Shown here one piece after another: positions 9,174 through 19,050 of a DNA stretch of 64,000 nucleotides. Each line of letters begins with the position of its first letter. Position 1 is the first letter of the stretch. The translations under genes were made by a program, and so were the position numbers. The stretch comes from Candidatus Hydrogenedentota bacterium (GTDB lineage: Bacteria > Hydrogenedentota > Hydrogenedentia > Hydrogenedentales > SLHB01), in contig CAXXTH010000006.1 in the NCBI GenBank assembly GCA_963668025.2, forward strand, positions 32,001 to 96,000, written 5' to 3'. The notes under the pieces were generated by a model that saw only the letters and a program-made list of their open reading frames with translations, was not told where the DNA came from and made no database searches.

Positions 9174-10613
9174 TTGAAGATACTGCTGGTAAATTGCTCT
9201 CCGGCGCGGCGGTCCGAAGCATCCCGTCCCAGCGCCCACATCGAGCGGTATTTTGCCGCATTGGCCAAACGTGGCGTGAAAATGGGCGATCAACGCCATG
9301 AGGCAAACAATGGCCTATTATCCATTGCAGGCAGTTTGCTGGCGCATGGGCATGAGACCGTCTATCTTGATTTGAACTATGATGAAATACATCATTTCCA
9401 ACGACATGGCGCTTTTTTTACCGAAGCCGATATCATCAGCTTGCTTGATGAAGCCATGGATGGCGTGGGGATGGTCTTGCTCTCCGCGCTGACGATTAGC
9501 TTTCCCATCATGAAGCTATGCGGCCGCCATATTCGCCAGGCATATCCAGGCGTGCCAATCATGATGGGCGGCATATTCGCCACGCTTAATCCCGATAAAT
9601 TCTCCGATTTGGATGATTGCTTCGATGTGGTGGTTTTAGGTGAAGGAGAAGAGATCGTCCCCAAGGTAGTGGATATGCTGGCGGCAAAAGATGACGCTTC
9701 ACTATCCTCGCTTGAAGGCATTATCTGGCGTGATCAGGCGCGCGGCGAACACATTATGAATCCGGGCCAGAACTTTGTTTCTGATCTCGACGCTTTGCCA
9801 TTTCCCGCCTACGAACTGATGCGTGGAACGAATAATGTGTTTCGCATATTTTCTGCTCGCGGATGTCCATGTGTCTGTACATTTTGTTCTCCCGCCCATA
9901 TGAGCGGCCACCAGCTCCGCCTCATCAATCCCGAGCGTGTTATCGAGCAAATTGAATATGTCCATACCCGCTTTCACGTGCAAGATTTCGTTTTTGGCGA
10001 CCTTACTTTCCTGGGCGACGGAGCCCATAGCAAGACGGTCCTGCGCTTGTTGATCGAGAAGAAGCTCGGGATGCGTTTCTGGTGCCAGTCGCGGTTTGAT
10101 TGTTTGGACGAAGAAGCCGTTGAGTTATTGCGCCAAGCGGGATGCGCCCAGCTTGCCTTGGGCATCGAAAGTTTCAACCAGGATATTCTCGAAGCGGTGC
10201 GCAAAGGGATCCGGGTGAGTGACATACTCGACAAACTTGCCCTCCTTAAAGATAGCGGCATCGAGGTGCAGGGATATTTCGTCATTGGATTGCCGGGCGA
10301 GAAAAGGGAAACGATCCTGAACACCATCGAGTTTCTTCGCTATTCGCTGGAAGAAGGGCTCATCCACCGCCCGCATATTGGCGTTTATGTTCCCTTCCCC
10401 GGCTTGCCCATTCCACGGGAAGTGACCGTAGTCAATACAAGCTATGACGCCTATACGAGCGGCGTTTTTTTTGATTTGCCGCCGCGGCCCGCCGCGCGTA
10501 CCAAATATTTATCGGAAGAAGAGGTCTTCACATTATGGGAGCATGCCCTCACTGTGGCTGGTGAGAAATTACTACAGGCTCCCAGTCCGGCCATGGATGC
10601 ATACATTATGTGA
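9174..10613 (+). CDS. B12-binding-domain radical SAM protein
   Basis: Likely TTG start (MKILLVN); GGIFAT and VVLGEGEE cobalamin-domain motifs; CxxxCxxC (CPCVCTFC); LGIES. Confidence 0.85.
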   Translation: MKILLVNCSPARRSEASRPSAHIERYFAALAKRGVKMGDQRHEANNGLLSIAGSLLAHGHETVYLDLNYDEIHHFQRHGAFFTEADIISLLDEAMDGVGMVLLSALTISFPIMKLCGRHIRQAYPGVPIMMGGIFATLNPDKFSDLDDCFDVVVLGEGEEIVPKVVDMLAAKDDASLSSLEGIIWRDQARGEHIMNPGQNFVSDLDALPFPAYELMRGTNNVFRIFSARGCPCVCTFCSPAHMSGHQLRLINPERVIEQIEYVHTRFHVQDFVFGDLTFLGDGAHSKTVLRLLIEKKLGMRFWCQSRFDCLDEEAVELLRQAGCAQLALGIESFNQDILEAVRKGIRVSDILDKLALLKDSGIEVQGYFVIGLPGEKRETILNTIEFLRYSLEEGLIHRPHIGVYVPFPGLPIPREVTVVNTSYDAYTSGVFFDLPPRPAARTKYLSEEEVFTLWEHALTVAGEKLLQAPSPAMDAYIM

Positions 10614-10664
10614 TGGGACACAATGGAGCGCTTGAAGAAGCGCCGCCGGGGACACCGCAAAACT

Positions 10665-11654
10665 ATGGGCAACGAAATCGAAACGGATCGCAGTGTCGCG
10701 TTAACGATCATCATTCCCGTATTCAACGAAGAAGGCAATATCCTCCTCCTCCATGAACGGCTCACCAAAACATTACAAGAATTGGGACAGACCTACGAAC
10801 TCCTTTTCATTGATGACGGCAGCCGAGACGGCTCTTTTGAACGCCTCAAGGCGTTATACGGGCAAGATCCCACTGTTCGCGTGGTGCGTTTTGTCCGTAA
10901 TTTTGGCCAGCAAACCGCCGTCACCGCCGGATTCCGCTATGCCCGGGGCAAGTCTGTAGTCCTGATTGACGCCGATCTCCAAACCCAGCCTGAAGAGATA
11001 CCGCTTCTGCTGCAAAAACTCGAAGACGGCTTCGATATTGTGTATGGCGTGCGCCAGCGCCGCCGCGATCCCATATGGCGGCGAGTAGGCTCATGGGCCA
11101 TGAGCCACATCCTCTTCCGCATCACCGGCATTGATATCCCGGACAGCGCCAGCGGTTTCATCGCCATGGACCGCCGCCTCGTGGATTCCATTAATCTATA
11201 TCAGGAAAAATCACGATATTTAAGCGGCCATTTCGCCTGGCTAAGCTACGGGCGCTGGGCGTCCATTCCTGTAACCCATGCCGCCCGCACCGCAGGCCAG
11301 ACCAAATATAGCTTAGCGAAACTCGTCGAACTCACCCTTAACTTTGTCTGCAACTTCACAACCACGCCTCTTCGATTCGCTTCATTCGCGGGCGGAGCGT
11401 TGTTCTCGTTGAGCCTGCTCGTGTTTTTAGGGCTCATGCTGACGCGCTTGGCGCAATGGTCTGGACGCACCCCTGTCTGGGAGGTAGCGGTCCTCATCGC
11501 CGCGATGGGCGTATTCACCGGTTTCCAGTTATTGTTCACGGGCATTTTGGGCGAATATGTCGCTCGCATTTTTACCGAAGTAAAGCAACGCCCGCCTTTT
11601 GCCGTCCGTGAAATACTCGATCATGCTAAGGAAGAGTCCTCAAGCTCGGATTGA
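10665..11654 (+). CDS. Family 2 glycosyltransferase (ArnC/GtrB-like polyprenol-phosphate GT)
   Basis: IIPVFNEE, IDDGSRD, RNFGQ, DADLQ; two C-terminal TM helices; GEYVARIF. Confidence 0.9.
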   Translation: MGNEIETDRSVALTIIIPVFNEEGNILLLHERLTKTLQELGQTYELLFIDDGSRDGSFERLKALYGQDPTVRVVRFVRNFGQQTAVTAGFRYARGKSVVLIDADLQTQPEEIPLLLQKLEDGFDIVYGVRQRRRDPIWRRVGSWAMSHILFRITGIDIPDSASGFIAMDRRLVDSINLYQEKSRYLSGHFAWLSYGRWASIPVTHAARTAGQTKYSLAKLVELTLNFVCNFTTTPLRFASFAGGALFSLSLLVFLGLMLTRLAQWSGRTPVWEVAVLIAAMGVFTGFQLLFTGILGEYVARIFTEVKQRPPFAVREILDHAKEESSSSD

Positions 11655-11817
11655 TTCCCATATGTCATCTGGCAAGAAGAGGATTCGTCGCCTTGACTGC
11701 GTGATCGATCACGTGCTATGTTTTTTAACACATGGACCCTTTTCATGCTGCTGTTCGCTTCATCCTCATGGAGAAACGCCTAGCACACCGCAACCAAAAG
11801 AAGAAAGGCAATCCACG

Positions 11818-13773
11818 ATGAGAACACTCCTTTGCATCATCTTTCTGGTTCCCCTTTCCACCGCCAGTATCGCACAAGAGGCAAAACTACGCGCACAAAT
11901 ACCCATCCTTACCGGAAACGGCATTGGCATTTATGATCATATGATGCACTATGATGGGAAAAAAAGTGATCCCGCACCCGAACATCCATGGCTGCTTCCG
12001 AAGTTTCCTGAATTCCAACAACTTGGCATCCAAGGCGTCGAAATCAATATTTCATGGATAGGCGTTGAACGGGAAGAAAACAAGTGGGATTGGAGCTTCT
12101 TTGATCAAACTGTCGCCGATATTAAAGCGCATGGGATGGACATAAACGCCCAAATGTGGCTCATGTTTCCTCCCAGGTGGGTGGTCGATTCTGGGCGCGG
12201 CACTTTGATGCGCTCGGTGAACGATAATGAAGAGGTGTACAATCTCTCGGTTTGGGATCCAGCGACCCTGGAGTGGTATGTACGTTTTTACAAGAACCTG
12301 AGCGCTCATTATGATGGCGTGCTTGAAAATGTTTATCTTTGCATTACGGGCGACTGGGGTGAAGGCGATTATGCGACTGGCGGTGCGCATACATTGATCG
12401 ACATGCGAACGGCTGGTTCGCGGTATTGGTGCAACGATTCCTATGCGCAAGCCGATTTTCGGCAGCGTATGATGGCGAAATACGGCAGCATGGATGCCCT
12501 AAACACCGCATGGGGCACGGCGTTTGCGGTTCCGGACGATATTGCTTTCCCCAGCAGCCCCGCACAAAAACGGCATTGGCTGGATTTTAATCGGTGGTAT
12601 CAGCAGTCCTTGGTGCGATTTTCCGATGAGCTCTACCAGCAGGTCAAGCCGTTTTTCTCGAAGACCCATATTGGTTTGAAGCCCGGAGGAGCTGCCCCGC
12701 CTCCCCTCTATTTTGGCCAAGATACCATTGGATTTGCCCGCACTTTTCGAGATCGCAATGTAAGATTCCAGCCGGCATCGTGCGACTCTCGTTATTTCTG
12801 GGCCAAATGGCGCGCCTCGGCCTATCGGTTTTACCATATCCCCTTTTCGTCTGAAGCGGGCGGCGCTTATGCCTGGGAAGAAGACATGGGCAGGCTCTTC
12901 AACGACATCGCCTGTGGTATGGATGAATTATACGAATTTCCGGTTCACCTTGAAAAATACAAAGACAGCATTCTCGCCGCGTCGGAACATATGACAGGTG
13001 AAAAGCCCCTTTGTGATGTGGCCTTGTTTTACCCGGTTTCCGAGAGTTTGCTCGTGGATCCCGCTAAGAACACTATCCCGGACAGCATTGAGAATTTGAG
13101 CCAAGTGAGTGAAGGCTTGCACCGTTATATTGACTACGATGTGGTGGAAGAACGCATGATTCTCGATGGTGCGCTCCAACAATACCGCATTGCCGCCATG
13201 CTTGCCGGAACTGTCGTAGAGCGGGATGTTTTGGAGAAGCTCGCAGAGTGGGTGCGAGGCGGAGGCATATTAGTCGCCACTGATTTTGGGCCAATATCCA
13301 CAGTGGAAGGCGATGCCTCGTTCTCAGCGAATATGTTCAGCCAGCCGGATACCGAGCCGAAGACGGTGGAGGATATTCTCGGCGCAGGCTTCCGGCCACA
13401 GGGTAAAGGATGCACGCTGTTCATGAAGGGAGCATGGGATGGTGCGCAAGACAGCCCTCAAAAGACGCTGTTTTGCGTGCTGATGCGAGAGCTTAACGCG
13501 CACGCGAGCCATCTTGGCGAACAATTCCAAGACGGTATTGACCTTGGCATGGTTGGGGCGGGCGACTTGGCTGTCCTGTTTTCGAGCCATATCCTCTACT
13601 TCAATCCGTCCAAGGACACACCGGTCAAACGGACCGTACAACTGGATCTCGCGTCGTTTCGCGCCCACGGATTGGGGACGCCTTCGGCCGCGACGATCGA
13701 GTTGGACCTTGCACCCTGTGGATTTCAGTCTGTGCCTCTCACCGACGATTCACAAACCAAGCGCCCCAAATAG
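11818..13773 (+). CDS. Exported glycoside hydrolase (GH42/GH14-like TIM barrel plus trimerisation-like domain)
   Basis: Signal peptide; WIGVE..ENKWDWSFFD; KYGSMDALNTAWGT; class I GATase-like C-terminal segment (WVRGGG). Confidence 0.7.
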   Translation: MRTLLCIIFLVPLSTASIAQEAKLRAQIPILTGNGIGIYDHMMHYDGKKSDPAPEHPWLLPKFPEFQQLGIQGVEINISWIGVEREENKWDWSFFDQTVADIKAHGMDINAQMWLMFPPRWVVDSGRGTLMRSVNDNEEVYNLSVWDPATLEWYVRFYKNLSAHYDGVLENVYLCITGDWGEGDYATGGAHTLIDMRTAGSRYWCNDSYAQADFRQRMMAKYGSMDALNTAWGTAFAVPDDIAFPSSPAQKRHWLDFNRWYQQSLVRFSDELYQQVKPFFSKTHIGLKPGGAAPPPLYFGQDTIGFARTFRDRNVRFQPASCDSRYFWAKWRASAYRFYHIPFSSEAGGAYAWEEDMGRLFNDIACGMDELYEFPVHLEKYKDSILAASEHMTGEKPLCDVALFYPVSESLLVDPAKNTIPDSIENLSQVSEGLHRYIDYDVVEERMILDGALQQYRIAAMLAGTVVERDVLEKLAEWVRGGGILVATDFGPISTVEGDASFSANMFSQPDTEPKTVEDILGAGFRPQGKGCTLFMKGAWDGAQDSPQKTLFCVLMRELNAHASHLGEQFQDGIDLGMVGAGDLAVLFSSHILYFNPSKDTPVKRTVQLDLASFRAHGLGTPSAATIELDLAPCGFQSVPLTDDSQTKRPK

Positions 13774-13830
13774 CCTACAGCGCCTTCTTGATAGTTTTTT
13801 ATACCTTTGTGGCTATAGCGATTTGAAGGC

Positions 13831-13877
13831 TTGACATGGCTGCTGTTTTCATGCACACTTCGTTGCATGGCGAATTG
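13831..13877 (+). promoter_or_regulatory. sigma70 promoter with a putative ArsR operator
   Basis: TTGACA (13831) -17 bp- CACACT; imperfect dyad TTCGttgcatggCGAA just before the RBS GAGG. Confidence 0.5.
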
Positions 13878-13889
13878 AGGTAATAAACG

Positions 13890-14267
13890 ATGAAAGAGTT
13901 TATGAACGTTGCCAAGGCCATCTCGGATGAATCCCGTGTGCGTATTCTCATGTTCTTGCGAGGCGGTGAGCTCTGCGTGTGTCAGGTTGTTGATGTGCTG
14001 GATCTGGCCCCTTCGACCGTGTCCAAGCACATGGCGATTCTGGTGCAAGCAGGCCTCCTCGATTTCCGGAAGGATGGACGCTGGCGCTATTACCGATTAG
14101 TTGGGCAAGATGCCCCTCTTTCGGTTCAGAAGGCTCTGGAGTGGCTGCATGTCTCGTTGGACGGGTCGCCCATTGTCCGTGAGGACGCCAAGCGCCTGAA
14201 ACTCGCGCTCAAGAAGGACATTAAGACACTGTGTGAACGCTATAAGTGTGTTGAGGCTGCTCGATGA
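13890..14267 (+). CDS. ArsR/SmtB family metal(loid)-sensing repressor
   Basis: KAISDESRVRIL; ELCVC metal-binding motif; STVSKHM; RKDGRWRYYRL. Confidence 0.93.
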   Translation: MKEFMNVAKAISDESRVRILMFLRGGELCVCQVVDVLDLAPSTVSKHMAILVQAGLLDFRKDGRWRYYRLVGQDAPLSVQKALEWLHVSLDGSPIVREDAKRLKLALKKDIKTLCERYKCVEAAR

Positions 14268-14325
14268 TTTGTTGATGCAAACGGTCCCTAACGGAAATCA
14301 TTCGATTTGGAGGAGAACAAGCATT

Positions 14326-15204
14326 ATGAAGAAGATCAGGATATCGTTCGTCGCGCTCATGATCGTTGGTGTCATTTGTTTTGCGGTGAGCAAGCGGAAT
14401 CATGCGGCGGCGGCGAGTCAACCTCCGCAGACTTCGTCCGTAACCGATGCTCCGGCCTCTGTGGCTCCAGAAACACTTCCATCGGCTCCGGAAAGTACGC
14501 CGTCTGAGAGTGTCGCGCAAGCTGCAGTCAAAAAGGCTGCAAATGAAAAGAAGCATTTATTCCTGTTTGTCTCAGAAAATGACAGCGAGGAGACGGAAAC
14601 AGCCAAGCGCGCTTTTGAGGCCGCTGCAACCAAGATCAGCGATAAGGCCGAATTGGCTTTTATTAAGCGTGACAGCGCCGCAGAAAAAGATTTTGTCGAG
14701 AAGTACCAGCTTAACAGGGCGCCGATGCCCATCGTCTTGGTCTTTGCCCCCAATGAGGCGATTACTGGGGCTTATTTTGGAGATAAACTGAAGGATCCGC
14801 AACTCCAGGACTCTATAGCAAGCGAATCGGAGCAGCAATGCATGAAGGCTTTGCAGGACGGAAAACTGGTTTGCCTGTGCGCGCAGAACGCCACAACCAC
14901 ATCCAACGATACCGCCATGCAGGGAGTGAATGATTTTAAAGCGGACACACGGTTCGCCCAATTTACTGAAGTGGTGACGATTGACCCCGCCGCCGCCGTC
15001 GAGCAGAGCTTCTTAACAAAGCTCAAGATTGACCCGAAAACAACGGAAGCAATCACGGCTTTATTGGCTCCGCCGGGCACGGTGGTTGTCAAAGTGGCCG
15101 GCGCAACCACCAAGGACGCGCTTGTTTCGGCCTTGATGGCCGCTTCGTCCGGCGGCTGTGGCCCGAAGGGTTGCGGACCTAGTGGCTGTGGTCCAAGCCA
15201 ATAA
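14326..15204 (+). CDS. Exported protein with thioredoxin-like folds and a C-terminal Cys/Gly repeat tail
   Basis: RBS GGAGG; N-terminal hydrophobic anchor; C-terminus GGCGPKGCGPSGCGPSQ. Confidence 0.7.
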   Translation: MKKIRISFVALMIVGVICFAVSKRNHAAAASQPPQTSSVTDAPASVAPETLPSAPESTPSESVAQAAVKKAANEKKHLFLFVSENDSEETETAKRAFEAAATKISDKAELAFIKRDSAAEKDFVEKYQLNRAPMPIVLVFAPNEAITGAYFGDKLKDPQLQDSIASESEQQCMKALQDGKLVCLCAQNATTTSNDTAMQGVNDFKADTRFAQFTEVVTIDPAAAVEQSFLTKLKIDPKTTEAITALLAPPGTVVVKVAGATTKDALVSALMAASSGGCGPKGCGPSGCGPSQ

Positions 15205-15220
15205 AAAGGAAGCCACAAGA

Positions 15221-16438
15221 ATGAGACTCAGGACGTTTGTTTGGCGAGAGATCTTTGAGCGGAAGAACCAACTAGCCACAAGTTTTGTCGCGATACTGCT
15301 CGGGATAAGCGTGATTGTAGGCGTGAAAAACATCACCTTCTACTCCGAAAAGGCCGTCGCGAGAGAATTGGATGCACTGGGGGCCAACATTCTCATTTTG
15401 CCCAAATCCGCTTCGCTTCAAGATTATTACAGCGCGGACATGCAAGGTGAGGAATTTCCCGAGGAATACGTGACACGTCTTGCCACCTCGGACCTCCAGG
15501 GATTGGACAATCTTTCGCCAAAGCTTTCTCTTCCCGTGGAGTCGGGTGGAAATCAGTTCACGCTGACTGGAATTTTACCCACGAAGGAATTCCAAGCCAA
15601 GGCCGCGTGGCAAAGCGCCGGCATATTTGCCCGTCCGGAAAACTGCGGAACCGTGGATGTTCCGGGCGCCAGCGTGGCTCCACCCAAGGAGACGCTTATC
15701 CGTAAGCGAGTGATCAATACGCTTGAAGAGAATCAAGCCCTTGTCGGCTCAGATATAGGAGCGGCGTTAAAGGTCAAGGAGGGAGATACGCTGACATTGT
15801 TGGGCAAGCCCTTCAACGTTACTGCTATCTTACCCTCGACCGGTACGGTAGACGATTCCCGAGTCTTCGCACACCTCCACACCGTACAGCAACTTGCAGG
15901 AAAAGGTGCCGTACTGAACGCCATAGAGATTGTCGGCTGCTGTAACCAGATATCCAAGGGATTGGTCCAGAAGATCAATACCCTGCTGCCTGAAGCCAAG
16001 GTGGTTACCATCACGCAGATTGTGGACACCCAGATCCGGACGAACCAGATGATGGCGCGGTTATCGCTGCTTTTCTTGGCGATCATCGTGCTCGTGGGCG
16101 GGGCAAGCATCGCGAATTACATGTATTCCAACGTATTCGAGCGGCGCAAGGAAATCGGCACGCTCATGGCGCTTGGCGCTGGTTCGCACGTGGTGCTTAA
16201 GATGTTCCTGTTAAAAGCACTCTTGTTAGGCCTTACAGGCGGGGTTGCCGGTTATCTCCTGGGTACGGTCATCGCCGTAGTATTTGGACCACGGATCGCA
16301 GGGGTGATTGTGCTTCCAATGCCAAGTTTGTCGTTATGGGCGCTTGGCGTGGCTGTAACCATTTCACTCGTAGCCAGTTATTTTCCCGCTCGCCAAGCGG
16401 CGCGTCTCGACCCCGCTACCGCACTTCAGGAGATGTAG
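15221..16438 (+). CDS. FtsX/MacB-type ABC permease
   Basis: LGANILILP; ERRKEIGTLMALGA; PARQAARLDPATAL. Confidence 0.92.
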   Translation: MRLRTFVWREIFERKNQLATSFVAILLGISVIVGVKNITFYSEKAVARELDALGANILILPKSASLQDYYSADMQGEEFPEEYVTRLATSDLQGLDNLSPKLSLPVESGGNQFTLTGILPTKEFQAKAAWQSAGIFARPENCGTVDVPGASVAPPKETLIRKRVINTLEENQALVGSDIGAALKVKEGDTLTLLGKPFNVTAILPSTGTVDDSRVFAHLHTVQQLAGKGAVLNAIEIVGCCNQISKGLVQKINTLLPEAKVVTITQIVDTQIRTNQMMARLSLLFLAIIVLVGGASIANYMYSNVFERRKEIGTLMALGAGSHVVLKMFLLKALLLGLTGGVAGYLLGTVIAVVFGPRIAGVIVLPMPSLSLWALGVAVTISLVASYFPARQAARLDPATALQEM

Positions 16439-16441
16439 TTT

Positions 16442-17116
16442 ATGCTCAATATGCAGTCAGTGAGCAAGAGTTACCGGCACCGCGGAAAAACGATAATGGC
16501 ACTGGATGATGTGACCATCGAAATTCCGAAGGGGGATTTCGTTGCCATCGTTGGACCAAGCGGAAGCGGCAAGAGCACCTTTCTGTTGATGTTGGGCGGT
16601 ATGCTTTCACCCGCATCGGGGAGTGTCCTTGTGGATGGACAATCCTTATATGACCTGAATTCCGAGCGCCGGACCGTGGTGAGGCGAGAAAAGATTGGGT
16701 TCGTTTTTCAGACGTTCAACCTTGTCCCTTACCTCACCGCACTCGAGAACGTCCAAATCCCGCTCTTTCTGGCCAAGCGGTCAGACAAGAAACAAAAAGA
16801 ACGAGCCACGGCCCTTCTGGAACGTGTGGGGCTTAGCGACCGGCTCGACCACAAACCATCGGAACTCAGCATCGGACAGCAACAGCGCGTGGCGCTGGCC
16901 CGCATGCTCGCCAACGATCCCCCGATCATTCTCGCGGATGAGCCTACGGGTAATTTGGATCCCGAAAATGCCAAATCGGTACAGAGCTTCCTCAAGGAAG
17001 CGAATATTGAGGGACGCACCATTGTTATGGTCACACATGACATGCAGGCAGCACGGATCGCGCGGCGGACCCTTCGGCTCATTGATGGAAAGGTCCTAAA
17101 TGGCGCCTGCGATTAA
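16442..17116 (+). CDS. ABC transporter ATP-binding protein (LolD/MacB-like)
   Basis: Walker A GPSGSGKST; GFVFQTFNL; LSIGQQQRVA; ILADEPTGNLD. Confidence 0.95.
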   Translation: MLNMQSVSKSYRHRGKTIMALDDVTIEIPKGDFVAIVGPSGSGKSTFLLMLGGMLSPASGSVLVDGQSLYDLNSERRTVVRREKIGFVFQTFNLVPYLTALENVQIPLFLAKRSDKKQKERATALLERVGLSDRLDHKPSELSIGQQQRVALARMLANDPPIILADEPTGNLDPENAKSVQSFLKEANIEGRTIVMVTHDMQAARIARRTLRLIDGKVLNGACD

Positions 17117-17328
17117 TGCATGTAGACTGTTAAGATCATCAAGAAAACAATATCTTTGACGGGATTGTGTCCGTGTACTCTTTTATAGAAGTTTTCTCAC
17201 ACTTTCCCCCTATACTCTTTTTTCTCCCTCGGAATATCGGAATATGCATGTGTTTTTGATATAATAAAGCTTCTTGCCCTCGAAAGAGGGGTGCTGCAAG
17301 CTCGCGAACATTTAGAAAGGACTATGTC

Positions 17329-18999
17329 ATGATCAGTGATACGATTAAAAAAGGGTTCGAGCGCGCCCCGCACCGTTCGTTACTGTGGGCCACCGGGCAA
17401 ATCCAATCTTCCGAGGACTTTAATAAGCCCTTCATCGCCATATGCAACAGCTTCACCGAGATTGTACCGGGACACGTCCATTTGAATGAATTAGGCCGTG
17501 CCGCCAAGGAAGCGGTCCGCGAAGCGGGCGGCGTGCCCTTCGAGTTCAATACCATCGGCGTGGATGATGGCATTGCCATGGGCCATGGCGGCATGTACTA
17601 TTCGCTGCCTTCACGCGAGCTGATCGCGGATTGCGTCGAGACCGTCATCAAGGCTCACCGATTTGACGGCATGATCTGCATTCCCAACTGTGACAAAATC
17701 GTGCCGGGCATGCTTATGGCCTCCATGCGCTGCAACATTCCCACCATCTTTGTGTCCGGCGGTCCTATGGAAGCAGGCAAGTTGTCGGATGGCCGCACGG
17801 TGGATCTCATCTCCGTTTTTGAAGGCGTAGGCGCCTATAAACAGGGCGGCATGGATGATGCCGCGCTGGCGGAACTCGAGCGCAAAGCTTGTCCCACCTG
17901 TGGCTCATGTTCGGGCATGTTCACCGCGAATTCCATGAATTGCCTATGTGAGGCCCTTGGCATGAGCTTGCCAGGCAATGGCACTGTGCTGGCTACTTCC
18001 GGTTCCCGGCGTGAATTGGTGAAAGCCGCGGCGCGGCAAGTGCTCGAACTCATCAAAGCGGACCTAAAGCCGCGCGATATCATATCCATCGAAGCCGTTG
18101 ACAACGCGCTGGCCTTAGATATGGCCATGGGCGGTTCGACGAACACGGTCTTACATACCCTCGCCATCGCACGCGAAGCAGGCTTCGCATATCCCCTGGA
18201 ACGCATTAACGAGATTTCGAAGCGTGTGCCGAATATCTGCAAAGTTTCGCCCTCGAGCAAGTGGCACATGGAGGATGTGGGGCTTGCGGGCGGCATTATG
18301 GCCATCTTGGGCGAGCTCAAGCGGAAGCCGGGTACTATCCATCTGGAGTGCCCGACCGTCACGCTGAAGACCTTGGGCGAGAATATTGGCGAAGCCCGCT
18401 CGACCAATCCAGAAGTCATCAAAACTATTGAAGCGCCATACAGCCAAACGGGCGGCTTGGCCGTATTATTCGGCAACCTCGCCCCCGATGGCTCCGTAGT
18501 GAAAGAAGCCGGCGTCGATAAAGAGATCCTCACCCATACCGGCCCCGCCGTGATCTTTGAATCCGAAGAAGAAGCCATGCAGGGCGTGCTTGATGATCAA
18601 GTGAAGCCTGGCGATATCATCATCATCCGCTACGAAGGCCCCAAGGGTGGGCCCGGCATGCGCGAGATGCTTGCGCCTACTTCGGCCGTCATGGGCAAAG
18701 GCCTCGGCAAGCAGGTGAGCCTCATCACGGACGGGCGTTTCTCGGGCGGCACGCGCGGCGCTTGTATTGGCCATGTAAGCCCTGAAGCGGCGGAAGGCGG
18801 CCCGATTGCCCTGCTCAAGCAAGGCGATATTATCGAGATCGACATCCCGAACCGCACGTTGAACGTCAAGTTGAGTGATGCCGAACTCGAATTGCGGCGC
18901 AAGGCCATGCCCGCACCGCCGGATCGTAAATTGACTGGATGGCTGAAACGCTACCAGCGCATGGTCACCAGCTCGAATACGGGCGCTGTGCTCGAATAG
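17329..18999 (+). CDS. ilvD: Dihydroxy-acid dehydratase
   Basis: PGHVHL; DDGIAMGH; CDKIVPGM; [16 protein letters not shown]; GPGMREML; TDGRFSG. Confidence 0.98.
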   Translation: MISDTIKKGFERAPHRSLLWATGQIQSSEDFNKPFIAICNSFTEIVPGHVHLNELGRAAKEAVREAGGVPFEFNTIGVDDGIAMGHGGMYYSLPSRELIADCVETVIKAHRFDGMICIPNCDKIVPGMLMASMRCNIPTIFVSGGPMEAGKLSDGRTVDLISVFEGVGAYKQGGMDDAALAELERKACPTCGSCSGMFTANSMNCLCEALGMSLPGNGTVLATSGSRRELVKAAARQVLELIKADLKPRDIISIEAVDNALALDMAMGGSTNTVLHTLAIAREAGFAYPLERINEISKRVPNICKVSPSSKWHMEDVGLAGGIMAILGELKRKPGTIHLECPTVTLKTLGENIGEARSTNPEVIKTIEAPYSQTGGLAVLFGNLAPDGSVVKEAGVDKEILTHTGPAVIFESEEEAMQGVLDDQVKPGDIIIIRYEGPKGGPGMREMLAPTSAVMGKGLGKQVSLITDGRFSGGTRGACIGHVSPEAAEGGPIALLKQGDIIEIDIPNRTLNVKLSDAELELRRKAMPAPPDRKLTGWLKRYQRMVTSSNTGAVLE

Positions 19000-19011
19000 T
19001 TTGTTTTTCCC

Positions 19012-19050
19012 ATAAGGAGCCCAGGCCTGAACAGCCTGGGCTCCTTATTT
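19012..19050 (+). terminator. Rho-independent terminator of ilvD
   Basis: ATAAGGAGCCCAGGC-loop-GCCTGGGCTCCTTAT followed by TT. Confidence 0.85.
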
